A model generated the notes under the pieces. It had not been told where the DNA came from. It saw nothing but the letters and a program-made list of their open reading frames with translations, and did no database searches. From a bacterium (GTDB taxonomy: Bacteria > UBA8248): DNA of 55,377 bases. This document shows, piece by piece, positions 9,422-19,008 of the stretch. How positions within the stretch are numbered: position 1 is the first letter of the stretch; every line of letters begins with the position of its first letter. The translations under genes and the position numbers were made by a program. The DNA lies in the NCBI GenBank assembly GCA_965213685.1, contig CBDBZY010000050.1, positions 1 to 55,377 on the forward strand. The letters run 5' to 3'.

Positions 9422-10248
9422 GCGGGCTCTCCCAGCTCGGCCATCGCTTTCTCGTAGACCTCGTCGCTCACCGCGTTGTTGTGCCAGAGGTAGGTATCCT
9501 CGGCGAAGCTCGCGCCCTTGCCCTTCACCGTGTGGGCGATGAGCAGCGAGGGCTTGTCGGGCGCGGCGGGCAGCGCGTCGAGGGCGTCGACGATCTCAGC
9601 CATGTCGTGCCCGTCGCACTCGCGAACGAACCAGCCGAAGGTGCGCCACTTGTCGGCGAGCGGCTCCAGCCCCAGCATCTCGGCGACGTGGCCGCTCTGC
9701 TGCACCTTGTTGTAGTCGAGGATGGCGGTGAGCCGGAGCGGCGCGAGGTGGGCTGCGGCCATCGCCGCCTCCCAGTTGGAGCCTTCCTGCAGCTCGCCGT
9801 CGCCCAGCATCACCACGGTGCGCCAGTCCTTGCCCTGCACTTTGGACCCGAGCGCCATGCCGAGCCCCACCGACAGGCCGTGGCCGAGGGCGCCGGTGCA
9901 CATCTCGATGCCCGGCACCTTGATGTCCGGGTGCATGCCGAACAGCGATTCGAAGCCGTAGAAGGTGTCGATGAAGCCGTCCTCGACAAAGCCGGCCTGC
10001 GCCAGCACCGCGCCGAGCGCCGTGTTGGCGTGCCCCTTGGAGAGCACGAAGCGGTCGCGCTCGGGCCATTCGGGCTCGTCGGGTCTCAGCCTGAGGTAGT
10101 GGAAGTAGAGCGCGGCGAGCAGGTCGGCCGCGGAGAGCGAGCCCCCCATGTGGCCGGAGCCCGCCGCTCGCAGCGCCCGCCAGGTGTTGCGCCGGATTTG
10201 CAGCGCCTGCTCGCGCAGTTCGCGCAGCAGCGCCTCTCTGTTGCTCAC
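9418..10248 (-). CDS. Split transketolase, N-terminal ThDP-binding subunit
   Basis: GHMGGSLS, RDRFVLSKGH, TGALGHGL, GDGELQEGSNWE...DYN ThDP motif; GTG start after GGAGG; 4-bp overlap with the C-terminal subunit gene. Confidence 0.92.
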   Translation of the reverse strand: MSNREALLRELREQALQIRRNTWRALRAAGSGHMGGSLSAADLLAALYFHYLRLRPDEPEWPERDRFVLSKGHANTALGAVLAQAGFVEDGFIDTFYGFESLFGMHPDIKVPGIEMCTGALGHGLSVGLGMALGSKVQGKDWRTVVMLGDGELQEGSNWEAAMAAAHLAPLRLTAILDYNKVQQSGHVAEMLGLEPLADKWRTFGWFVRECDGHDMAEIVDALDALPAAPDKPSLLIAHTVKGKGASFAEDTYLWHNNAVSDEVYEKAMAELGEPA

Positions 10249-10388
10249 CGTCCCGGCCTCCCGCCTGAATTCCAACGCAGTGTGACGTGGCGCGCTCACG
10301 CTCGGGCGAGGCGCCACGCGCTCTCTTTAGCATGGCGAACGGACGCAACCACCCCCACCAGCGCCCCGCCAGGTCGCCGCAGAGCGTC

Positions 10389-12598
10389 TCAGCCGGAGGC
10401 GAGCCACCGCAGCACGTTCTCCGTGATGCGCGAGACGTTGTTGTCGTAGTCGTTGTGCGGCAGCGGCGGGGCACCAGCACATCGAGCCTGCCGAGAACAC
10501 GCCGCCGCCGGCAGTCGTTTCGTAGTAGCTGACGTCCGACCTGATCCTCGCCGCCTGCCTCTCGACCGGCTCGTAGGGCATGGAGAAGTTGAGGCACAGC
10601 GGCGAGTGATCGGAGGAGGAGGCGAGCTTCAGCGTGGTTGGGCGGCGAGTTGACGTGGAGGCAATCGAACTCGTCGCCGGCCGCACCGCCCATGGCGAGG
10701 GCCGAAATCGCCGATCGGCTCGTCCTCTGCGACACCTTCGAAGATGAAGGCCGCCCGTTCGTCGAAGCTGTCGTCCATGCGGGAGTAAGGCTCCGCCTTG
10801 CAGAATCCCTGCGAGGTGTAGCCGGAGCCGAACAGGCGCTCCGGGCCCTTGCCGGCACCGCGCCAGCCGCCGCCCAAAATGCCGGTCGTCGCGTTGGTGG
10901 CGTTCGCCCGGGGGCGGCACCCATGGCGCCGAGGCCCCAGGGGTCCTCCTTCCTGACCTCGATGACATGGGGCCGCACGGGATCGCGGCTCGTCACCCAC
11001 CAGGCGCCGTTGCCGCCCAGGTTCATCAGGCTGCCGCCGCCGGACAGATAGGCTTCGAACGCCTTGTGCATGGCGTGGGAGAAGTATTCGGGATGCGAGC
11101 CGAGCAGCACGACCCGGTAGGGCGCGAGCAGCGCGGCTCCCTCGGCGTCGAGGTCCTCGTCGGTCGCGACATCGAAGGAGAAGCCCTTCCGGTCGAGCCA
11201 GTCGACGAGGTACATCTCGGCGCCGAAATGCCTGCCCGCGCCGCTCCAGTAGGCGGTGAGCTTGGGGCGCAGGTTGAGCACCGGCTTCAGGCGGGAGACC
11301 GTGCAGCAATAGCTGCCGTCGGTGTGCGCATCGTAGGTCGAGGGGCCGAGCTGCGCACCGAGGCGGGCCGCGAAGGCATCCTGGCGCGAGAGCACCACCG
11401 GATGGTCGCTCGCCAGATCCCACTGGACGAAGTCCTGCACATGAAAGCGCTCGTTGGCGTAGGCCATGTAGGTGAAGGTGGGGAGCAGGAAGAGGATATC
11501 CGCGCGCGGTGCGCCGGGCCCCGGCCGCACGAAGAACGGGACGTAGTCCTCTTCGTCCTCCGCGCCCCTGAGCCGCGCAGCGTAGACGCCGCTCGGCAGG
11601 TCGCCGGGCACCTCGTACACGAAGTCTGTCTCCCAGCCCGCATCGTCGACATCGTCGTCATGGAAGTAGATCGCCGCGTAATGCTCGGGATTCGCCGCGA
11701 AGCTTGACGAGGAGGCGTCCCAGGCGTGGTCGGTGACCCCGCGGGCCGGATTGTTGACGACCTCTGCGTCGAGCCCGTGAGGCCCGGCATCGGGCACCGA
11801 GAGGCCGAACGGTGTGGTCGCGAAGTCCCACGCCGCCGCGACGTCGCCGGGCGGCTCGTCGCCGCGCTCGATGGCGTCGATCTCCTCTTCCGAGAGGGCA
11901 CGCGCGTAGACCCGCGGGCGGTCGATCTTGCCGTTGAAGCACGCCCGGAACGGTGTCTCGTCTCCGGGGGCGGCACCCAGCGCCGCGATCAGCAGATCGG
12001 CCTCCGTCTCCGGCGCCGCGACATCGCTCACGGCATGCCGGCGCGCCGCGTGCTGCACCCAATGCGGCGAAAGCGCGTCCGATGTCGTCTGGACGAGCCG
12101 AACGGCGCCGCTTGCCGCATCCCAGCTCGCGGCGACGAAGGTCCAGCGGCGCGGCGCGACCGCGAGGTCGGACTGCAGCAGGAACGTGCTCTTCCCGTCG
12201 CTCAGCCGGAACGCGGTCATGCCGGCCTCGTCGACGACGAGGCTGTAGCCCGGACCGTCCGGGCCCTCGGCCTGGCCGACGATCCCTTGCTCCGCACCCC
12301 CCGGCATGGTGGCGTAGATCCAGGCCGTGACGGCAAGGCCCCGGCCCGCCGCCAGCGCCGGCGCATGGGCGACGCGCAGATGGGAGCCGGGCTTCATGGT
12401 CTGGACACGGCCCGGATATGTCCCGTTGCAGGCGGCGACGATCTCGTCTTCTCGGTAGCCGGGCCCTTCCGGGCGGTCATCGGCCTGCAGAAGGCGCACG
12501 ATGTCGGCTCGATAGGCGCCGACCTCGCTGTTGATCTTGAAGGCGATCGGCGCGCCCTGGCGCACGCTCCAGCAGTCGGCATAGCCATAGAGTTTCAT
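10389..12598 (-). CDS. N,N-dimethylformamidase beta-subunit-like protein (several frameshifts in the 3' ~550 bp)
   Basis: MKLYGYADCWSV, LamG-like domain (FNGKIDRP), FHDDD.DDAGW, LPSGVYAARL, PTFTYMAYAN, STYDAH.DG, GSHPEY, LGGNG; the C-terminus GGAAGDEFD...GGGVFSAGS...NNVSRITENVLR is pieced together across frames. Confidence 0.85.
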
Positions 12599-12818
12599 CG
12601 CTGGTCCCCTTCTTCCGTCCAGCCCCCGCGACAAGCTCAGGAGAAAGGACGCGCCTGGAGGGCCGCCGGGGCGCGGCGCGGGATCCGGGCCGCCACCGAC
12701 TTCCAAATATGGTGAGCGAGACCCGGCGCACACTCACGACCGCCGCCGGCAGGCCGGGCCTCGCGGGTGTCTCCCCGCGCGCCTCCCGCCGCCCCCTTCA
12801 AGAACGCCCGCGAAACCG

Positions 12819-12855
12819 GGGCCCCGAGACACATCCACGTAATGTCACGGGGCCC
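12819..12855. terminator. GC-rich hairpin just downstream of the SBP gene (terminator or mRNA-stabilising stem)
   Basis: gggccccgagaca-N11-tgtcacggggccc, a 13-bp stem with one mismatch; no strong U-tract. Confidence 0.45.
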
Positions 12856-12869
12856 GCACGTTCGTGTGC

Positions 12870-14438
12870 TCAGTTCAGGAGGACGTACTCCTCGATGTAC
12901 TTGAAGTGGTTGACGTAGCCCTCGGCCTCGTGGATGCGGGGCCTCAGCCGGTCCTCGCGGTAGGCGATGATCGCGGGCTTGCCGACCAGGGCGACCATGT
13001 TGGCCTGCGCATCGATGATGCTGCAGATCTCGCCGAAGAGCGCGTCTCGCTCGGCCCCCGGCGCGGTCTCCTTCGCCTGGTCGAGGAGGGCCGTGAGCTC
13101 TTCGTCCTTGAGCATGAACTTGCCGTTCCACTTCGCAAAGTCGGGGTCCCACCACGCCGGCACCATGACCGGATCGGTGTAGCCGGCGAACCAGGACATC
13201 GACATGTCGAACTCCCCTGTCTGGAGAAACCGTTCCAGCCATTCGCCGCGCGGCACCGCCTCGACGCTGACCGCCATGCCGATGTCCTTGAGGCTCTCGG
13301 CGATCACCTGGGCGATGAGCGGGAACACCGGGACGGTGGGCGAAGCCAGAAAGCCCACCTCGACCCCTTCGGCGCCGGCCTCGGCGAGCAGCATCCTGGC
13401 CTTCTCCACGCGCGCAGAGCGCGGCTCCTGGTAGGACGGCATGTCGCGGCAAACCGCCGAGGAGGGGAAGGCTGCGGGCACCGGATAGTCGACGCCGGCG
13501 GTGCCGGCGAGCGCGATGTCCGAAATCTTCTGACGGTCGAGCCCCAGCACCATGGCCTGGCGAACCCGCTCGTCGGCGAAGGGCGAGCCCATGTCAGGCA
13601 GGGCCTGGACGTCGATGCGGTAGTAGTCGGTGGTCTGCTGCACCTCCGTCCTCACGTTGGGCGTGTCGGCCAGCAGGATCGGCGTGTCCGGATTGTCGAA
13701 ATTGGCGATATGCACGCGTCCGTCGCGCAGCGCCCCGATTCGGGCCGCGTCGTCCGGGATGAGGAGAATCTTGACCTCGTCCACGACGGGATGCCCCTCG
13801 CGCCAGTAGTGCGGATTGCGCTGAAGCGTCCAGGACTCGTTCTGCAGGTGCTCGGTCACCATGAACGGTCCCGATCCCAGCATCTCTTTCGTGATGTCGA
13901 AGGTCCCGGCTTCCAGCTCTTCGAACGGGACGATCGAAGCGTTGACCGACGAGAGCGCCGCGAGCAGCGGCGTATAGGGCCGCTCCAGCTCGATGCGCAC
14001 GGTGTGCGCGTCGTCCGCGGCGATTTCGGTAATGGGTCCGGTCTGCTGCGCCCAGAACGAGCCAGTCTCGGGGTTCCTCAGCCGGTTCAGGCTCTTCACC
14101 ACGTCATCGGCGGTGACGGAACGTCCGTTCGAGAACTTGGCGTTCTGCCGCAGGTGAAAGACGTAGGTGGTGGGCGAGGGCTGCTCCCACGATTCGGCGA
14201 GCAGCGGCTCGAAGGTGAAATCCCCCGTGGGTTCGATCAGCGTCTCGTACACGAGGAACAGCACCTGCCACGTCACGCCGTTGGTCGCCACGTGCACGTC
14301 GAACGAATCGATATCGTTGGGCTTGCCCCATACGAGCGTGCCGCCCTTCATGTCCTCGGCCGACGCAGAGGCCGCAAACGCAAGCGCGAGACCGGCGGCA
14401 AGCGCCGCGCGCCGAACGCTCCTGCTCCAAGCTTTCAT
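12870..14438 (-). CDS. ABC transporter substrate-binding protein, family 5 (DppA/OppA-like)
   Basis: Signal peptide, YETLI, LAESW, FHLRQNAKFSNG..VTADDV..S, GSGPF, D.RVRQAM...LDR. Confidence 0.93.
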   Translation of the reverse strand: MKAWSRSVRRAALAAGLALAFAASASAEDMKGGTLVWGKPNDIDSFDVHVATNGVTWQVLFLVYETLIEPTGDFTFEPLLAESWEQPSPTTYVFHLRQNAKFSNGRSVTADDVVKSLNRLRNPETGSFWAQQTGPITEIAADDAHTVRIELERPYTPLLAALSSVNASIVPFEELEAGTFDITKEMLGSGPFMVTEHLQNESWTLQRNPHYWREGHPVVDEVKILLIPDDAARIGALRDGRVHIANFDNPDTPILLADTPNVRTEVQQTTDYYRIDVQALPDMGSPFADERVRQAMVLGLDRQKISDIALAGTAGVDYPVPAAFPSSAVCRDMPSYQEPRSARVEKARMLLAEAGAEGVEVGFLASPTVPVFPLIAQVIAESLKDIGMAVSVEAVPRGEWLERFLQTGEFDMSMSWFAGYTDPVMVPAWWDPDFAKWNGKFMLKDEELTALLDQAKETAPGAERDALFGEICSIIDAQANMVALVGKPAIIAYREDRLRPRIHEAEGYVNHFKYIEEYVLLN

Positions 14439-14585
14439 GGCGTCATCCTCCGCAGAATTTCAGGGGACAAGTCTAGCCCGCATGTCTTGCCAAGGTCACG
14501 GGCTGCGGGGCATGCGCGGTTGCGCGCGCCGCGAGGCGTTCGTTAACCTTCCCACGCGGCAGCGCGAGGGAGGCAGCCGAAGAGC

Positions 14586-15644
14586 GTGGATACGGCAAAG
14601 CGAATCTGGATCGCGGGCGCGGGCGGCATAGGCTCGGTGGTGGGTTATCGCCTGGCGCGCGCCGGCCTCGACCCGTTGCTCATCGACGGGTGGGACGACA
14701 ACGTGCGTGCCATCGACGACGCCGGCCTGCGCCTCGCCGGGCAGTTCGGGGACGTCCCGGTGCCGGCGCGGGCCATCGCGTTCGGCGATGCCGGCCGGGA
14801 GCCGGAACCGCCCGCCATCGTCCTGCTGTGCGGGAAGTCCTTCCAGACCGAACCCGTGCTTGACGCGCTCGCAGCAAAGCTCGCGCCGCCCGCCATCGTC
14901 GTGTCGCTCCAGAACGGCATGAACGAGGAGGCGATCGCTGCCCGCGTCGGCGCCGAACGGACCGTCGGCGCGGTCGTGGTCATGGACGCCGCGCTCACCG
15001 GGCCGGGTGTCGCGGCACAGGAGAACCCGGACGAGCGATCCTTCACGCTCGGCAGCCTCGACGGGGGGCCGAGCGCGGCCGTCGAGGCCGCCGCCGCCGT
15101 GCTGCGGGTCGTGGGCGACGTGCGTATCTCCGACGACATCGTCGGCGAGCTGTGGTCGAAGCTCGTGCACAACTGCATGATCAACGCGGTGTGCGCGCTC
15201 ACCGGTCTCACCGGAGCCCGCGCGCTGCGGCATCCGCAGGCATGGCCCTTCATTCGGATGCTGGGCCGCGAGGCCGTGGCGGTCTCCCGTGCCGAGGGTG
15301 TGACGCTCGGCGCGGCCGGCCTGTTCGGCTGCACGGCCCCGGACTTCCTGGAGGACGGCCGGGCCGCCCTTCTCGAGGAAGCCATCCTCGCCGCCTATCC
15401 GGAGACCGAGGAGCTCTATCCCTCCATGGCGCAGGACGTGGCGAAGGGGCGGCCAACCGAAATTGGATGGCTCAACGGGTGGATCGAGGACGTGGGGCGC
15501 AAGGCCGGTGTCGCGACGCCCGCGAACAGCCGCATCGCCGCGTTGATCGGGGAGGTCGAGCGGGGCGCGCTCAAGGCCGGCGAACAGAACGTCGGATTGC
15601 TGGACGAAGCGCCCGCGGCCGCGACCCCGGCGGAAGGAGGATGA
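14586..15644 (+). CDS. Ketopantoate reductase (PanE/ApbA)-like NAD(P)H 2-oxoacid reductase
   Basis: GAGGIG, KSFQT, SLQNG, LWSKLVHNCMIN, SMAQDVAKGRPTEI..LNG. Confidence 0.88.
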   Translation: MDTAKRIWIAGAGGIGSVVGYRLARAGLDPLLIDGWDDNVRAIDDAGLRLAGQFGDVPVPARAIAFGDAGREPEPPAIVLLCGKSFQTEPVLDALAAKLAPPAIVVSLQNGMNEEAIAARVGAERTVGAVVVMDAALTGPGVAAQENPDERSFTLGSLDGGPSAAVEAAAAVLRVVGDVRISDDIVGELWSKLVHNCMINAVCALTGLTGARALRHPQAWPFIRMLGREAVAVSRAEGVTLGAAGLFGCTAPDFLEDGRAALLEEAILAAYPETEELYPSMAQDVAKGRPTEIGWLNGWIEDVGRKAGVATPANSRIAALIGEVERGALKAGEQNVGLLDEAPAAATPAEGG

Positions 15645-15645
15645 G

Positions 15646-16347
15646 ATGTCGGAGCCGACCGGCCTGACCGAGGCGGAGATCGAAGCGCTGCGCGCCATCG
15701 ATTCCGGCACCGTGGCCAACGCCGTCGACAGCTTCGGCGTGCGTGAGCGGATTGCTGGCTTCGCGTCCCTGGAGCTGCGCTGCCTCAACCCGGACCTGCC
15801 GCCGGTCGTGGGCTACGCCGTGACCTGCACCGAGGACGTCACGACCGCGCTCAGGCGACCGCGCGAGAGCTACGAGGCGCTGCTGCGCGCGATCGAGGAG
15901 ACGCCCAAGCCGGCAATCGTCGTCTTCAAGGCCCTGGGCCAGGACCGGCTGCGCTCGTGCCATGTCGGCGACATGATGTGCACGCTGCTCCAGCGCATGG
16001 GCGTCGTCGCGGTGGTGACCGACGGCGCGGCGCGCGACCTCAAGGCGGTGCGCGAACGCGCGCCGGACTTTCAACTCTTCGCCGCGGGCATGGTGCCGGC
16101 GGGCGGCGACTACACCATGTTCGACGTGGGCGGACAGGTCTCGATCTGCGGCCTCAGGATCGCCCCCGGAGACCTGCTGCACGGCGACGTCAACGGCCTG
16201 CTCTCGATCCCCGCCCAGGTCGCCCGACGCGTGCCCGAGAAGGCGCGGCAAATCCGCGAATTCGAGAGCGACTTCGTCGAGTTCGTCAACGGACCGGACT
16301 TCTCGGTCGCCGAGCTCGGCCGCAGGTTCGGGCCGCCGTGGGGATAA
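15646..16347 (+). CDS. RraA family / HMG-aldolase-like protein (paralogue 1)
   Basis: DSGTVANA, P.VGYAVT, GD, TDGAARD, PGDLLHGDVNG. Confidence 0.88.
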   Translation: MSEPTGLTEAEIEALRAIDSGTVANAVDSFGVRERIAGFASLELRCLNPDLPPVVGYAVTCTEDVTTALRRPRESYEALLRAIEETPKPAIVVFKALGQDRLRSCHVGDMMCTLLQRMGVVAVVTDGAARDLKAVRERAPDFQLFAAGMVPAGGDYTMFDVGGQVSICGLRIAPGDLLHGDVNGLLSIPAQVARRVPEKARQIREFESDFVEFVNGPDFSVAELGRRFGPPWG

Positions 16348-16361
16348 GAGGGGAACGCACG

Positions 16362-17075
16362 ATGACACCGCCGCCGCCACACCTCACCGCGCAGCAGATC
16401 GAGGCGCTCCGGAAGATCGACTCGGCGACGCTGTGCAACGCGATCGAGACCTTCGACGTGCGCGATGCGACCACCGGCTTCGCGTCGCTGGAGTTGCGCT
16501 GCATGTTTCCGGAACTGCCTCCGGTGGCCGGCTACGCGGTCACCTGCACGGTGGATTCGACCACCCCGCGTCCCGGCGGGCCGAGCGGACTCGATGGGCT
16601 CGTCCGGGCGCTCGCCGCGGCGCCCAAGCCGGCCATCGTGGTTATGAAGGCCGAGGGACAGGAGCACCTGCGCAACTGCCATCTGGGCGATGTCGTGTGC
16701 ACGATCCTCAGCAGAATGGGTGCCGTCGCAGCAGTGTCCGATGCAGGCGTGCGCGACCTCGCCGGAATAGCCGAGCGCGCGCCGGGCTTCCAGGTGTTTG
16801 GCGCGGGCTGCGTGGTATCGCACGGCTCCTACGCGATCGTGGATGTCGGCACCACCGTCTCGGTCTGCGGCCTCACGGTCTCGCCGGGCGACCTGCTGCA
16901 TGGCGATGCGAACGGTCTCGCCTCGATTCCCCACGCCATCGCCGACCGCCTGCCGGAGGCAGCCCGCGACGTCCTGGCGGCCGAGCAGCGCATCGTCGAT
17001 TACGTCCAGGGTCCGGATTTCGATCCGGAAACTCTCGCCGAGCGGCTGGCCGGCAGGGGCGGTGAGCACAAGTGA
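16362..17075 (+). CDS. RraA family / HMG-aldolase-like protein (paralogue 2)
   Basis: C-terminal part of ORF 15957..17075 from the ATG at 16362; DSATLCNA, GYAVT, GD, SDAGVRD, PGDLLHGDANG. Confidence 0.88.
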   Translation: MTPPPPHLTAQQIEALRKIDSATLCNAIETFDVRDATTGFASLELRCMFPELPPVAGYAVTCTVDSTTPRPGGPSGLDGLVRALAAAPKPAIVVMKAEGQEHLRNCHLGDVVCTILSRMGAVAAVSDAGVRDLAGIAERAPGFQVFGAGCVVSHGSYAIVDVGTTVSVCGLTVSPGDLLHGDANGLASIPHAIADRLPEAARDVLAAEQRIVDYVQGPDFDPETLAERLAGRGGEHK

Positions 17076-17099
17076 CTACTGCGCGTCCTCCAAGTTGAT

Positions 17100-17540
17100 C
17101 TACTCGTGATCCATGTCGCCGCCGTGGTCCTTCATCTCCCCGTGCGTGTGATCCATGTCGCCGGAGCCGGCACCGAAATCCAGCTTCTTGACGACACGGT
17201 CGCGGGTCGGGCCGCTGACGTCCAGAGTCAACGCCCACTCGCCCAGCATTTCGAGCTCCAGCGTGGCGGTGTAGTGGCCGGGCAGTGAGGCCGGCGCCGC
17301 CTTCACGGGTCGCACACTGTGCGCCAGCGGCATGGACGGCATGTCGGCCTTGATAATGACCTCGGCGCCCTCCACGGGGTCGCCGCTCTTCTTGCCCTTG
17401 AGCATGATCGTGCAGTCGTAGGTCAGCCTTTCTGCTGCTGGCGTGCAGCTCACGTCCGCCGCCACCCGCTCGCCCGCCCAGGCCGAAAGGCTCGCCGCCA
17501 ACATCGCCGAGAGCGCCAACAATCCGATCGGAATACGCAT
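17100..17540 (-). CDS. Exported YtkA/FixH-like protein with a His/Met-rich tail
   Basis: Signal peptide; G.PVEGAEV...ADMPSMPLAH...PG.Y...L...MLGEW.L; tail DMDHTHGEMKDHGGDMDHE. Confidence 0.7.
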   Translation of the reverse strand: MRIPIGLLALSAMLAASLSAWAGERVAADVSCTPAAERLTYDCTIMLKGKKSGDPVEGAEVIIKADMPSMPLAHSVRPVKAAPASLPGHYTATLELEMLGEWALTLDVSGPTRDRVVKKLDFGAGSGDMDHTHGEMKDHGGDMDHE

Positions 17541-17543
17541 CGT

Positions 17544-18260
17544 TCACCCTCCCCGTTGCAGACCCAGATAAGCACTGACCAACAGCTCGTGCTCGGCGAG
17601 CGCCGCAGCCTCGCCGTCCAGTATGATCCGCCCGCTTTCCAGCACGTAGCCCCGATCCGCGATCGCCAGTGCCTGGCGGACGTTCTGCTCCACCAGCAGG
17701 ATCGTCACGCCCGTATCCCGCAGCCGCGCGATCAGGGCGAAGACCTCCTGGGCGGCGATGGGGGCAAGGCCGAGGGAAGGCTCGTCCAGCAGCAGCAGCT
17801 TCGGCCGGGCCATCAGCCCGCGCGCCAGCGCCAGCATCTGGGCCTGACCGCCGCTCAGCGCCGAGCCGCGCTCGTCGAGCCTGTCGCGCAGCATCGGGAA
17901 GAATTCGAGCACGCGGTCGAAGTCCGCTTCCGCCCTAGCGCGGCCGGGCACGTTGTAGGCGCCGAGCCGCAGGTTCTGCGCGATGGTGAGCCCGCCGAAG
18001 ATCAGCCGTCCCTCCGGCACCTGCACGATTCCGTGCCGCATGATCCGATGCGGCGGTAAGCGCGCGATGCGCTGCCCGAGGAAGCGAATCTCCCCGGCGG
18101 CGGGCCGCTCGATGCCGCACACCGCATGCATGGTCGAGCTCTTGCCGGCGCCGTTGGCCCCGATCAGCGCGACGATCTCGCCCTCCTCCACTTCCAACGA
18201 CAAGCCCTGAACAGCGCGCACCTTGCCGTAGCTGACGTGCAGGTCGCTCACTTCAAGCAT
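17544..18260 (-). CDS. LIV-type ABC transporter ATPase (LivF-like, set 2)
   Basis: GANGAGKS, VPEGR.IF, LSGGQ, LLLDEPSLGLAP, VEQN. Confidence 0.93.
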   Translation of the reverse strand: MLEVSDLHVSYGKVRAVQGLSLEVEEGEIVALIGANGAGKSSTMHAVCGIERPAAGEIRFLGQRIARLPPHRIMRHGIVQVPEGRLIFGGLTIAQNLRLGAYNVPGRARAEADFDRVLEFFPMLRDRLDERGSALSGGQAQMLALARGLMARPKLLLLDEPSLGLAPIAAQEVFALIARLRDTGVTILLVEQNVRQALAIADRGYVLESGRIILDGEAAALAEHELLVSAYLGLQRGG

Positions 18261-19008
18261 GGACCGCATCCCGGCCGAGATAGGCCTCCAGCACCTCGGC
18301 CTGCTGCAGGACCGCATCCGGCGCGCCGTCCGCGATCTTGCGGCCGAAATTGAGCACGCAGAGGCGCTGGCACAGCGCCGAGATCAGGTCGAGCTTGTGC
18401 TCGATGACGATGCAGGTCCGCCCCGCCAGCGCGAAGTCGCGTATGAGAGCGGCTATCTCCGCCGTCTCGGCCGGGGTCATGCCGCCGGCCGGCTCATCCA
18501 GGAGCAGCAACGCCGGGGAGCGCACCAGCGCTCGCGCCAGTTCGAGGCGCCGCTGATCGGGCAGCGGCAGGCTGCCCGCGAGCACGTCCCGCCGGTCCGC
18601 GAGGCCGACCGCGTCGAGCAGCCGGTCCACCTCCTCCCTCCGCGTCCGTTCGCTCGCGGATCGGTTCGACAGCAGCTCCAGTGGCCCGACGCCGGGTAGG
18701 CTGTGTTGCGCCGCCCAGACGTTCTCGCGCACGCTCATGCGCTTGTAGATGCGGAGGTTCTGGAAGGTCCGCGCGATGCCGTGGCGGACGATCCGGGCCG
18801 GCGTGCTCTTGGTAATGTCCTCGTCGCGCAGGAGCACGCGGCCGGCATCCGGCGGATGGACTCCGGTGATCACGTTGAACAGCGTCGTCTTGCCGGAGCC
18901 GTTGGGCCCGATGAGGCCCACCACCTCGCCGTCGGCGACCGCGAGATCGAGCGCCTCCAGGGCCGCGACGCCCCCGAAGGACCGGCTCAGGCTTTCAATT
19001 CGCAGCAC
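18253..19008 (-). CDS. LIV-type ABC transporter ATPase (LivG-like, set 2)
   Basis: GPNGSGKT, ARTFQN, LLLDEPAGG, IEH, AYLG. Confidence 0.93.
   Translation of the reverse strand: MLRIESLSRSFGGVAALEALDLAVADGEVVGLIGPNGSGKTTLFNVITGVHPPDAGRVLLRDEDITKSTPARIVRHGIARTFQNLRIYKRMSVRENVWAAQHSLPGVGPLELLSNRSASERTRREEVDRLLDAVGLADRRDVLAGSLPLPDQRRLELARALVRSPALLLLDEPAGGMTPAETAEIAALIRDFALAGRTCIVIEHKLDLISALCQRLCVLNFGRKIADGAPDAVLQQAEVLEAYLGRDAVHA

Noticed and set aside
14478-14495. Possible sigma54 promoter upstream of the SBP (TTGGCAAGACATGC on the minus strand)
   Set aside because: The GG-to-GC spacing is 8 nt rather than the required 10.
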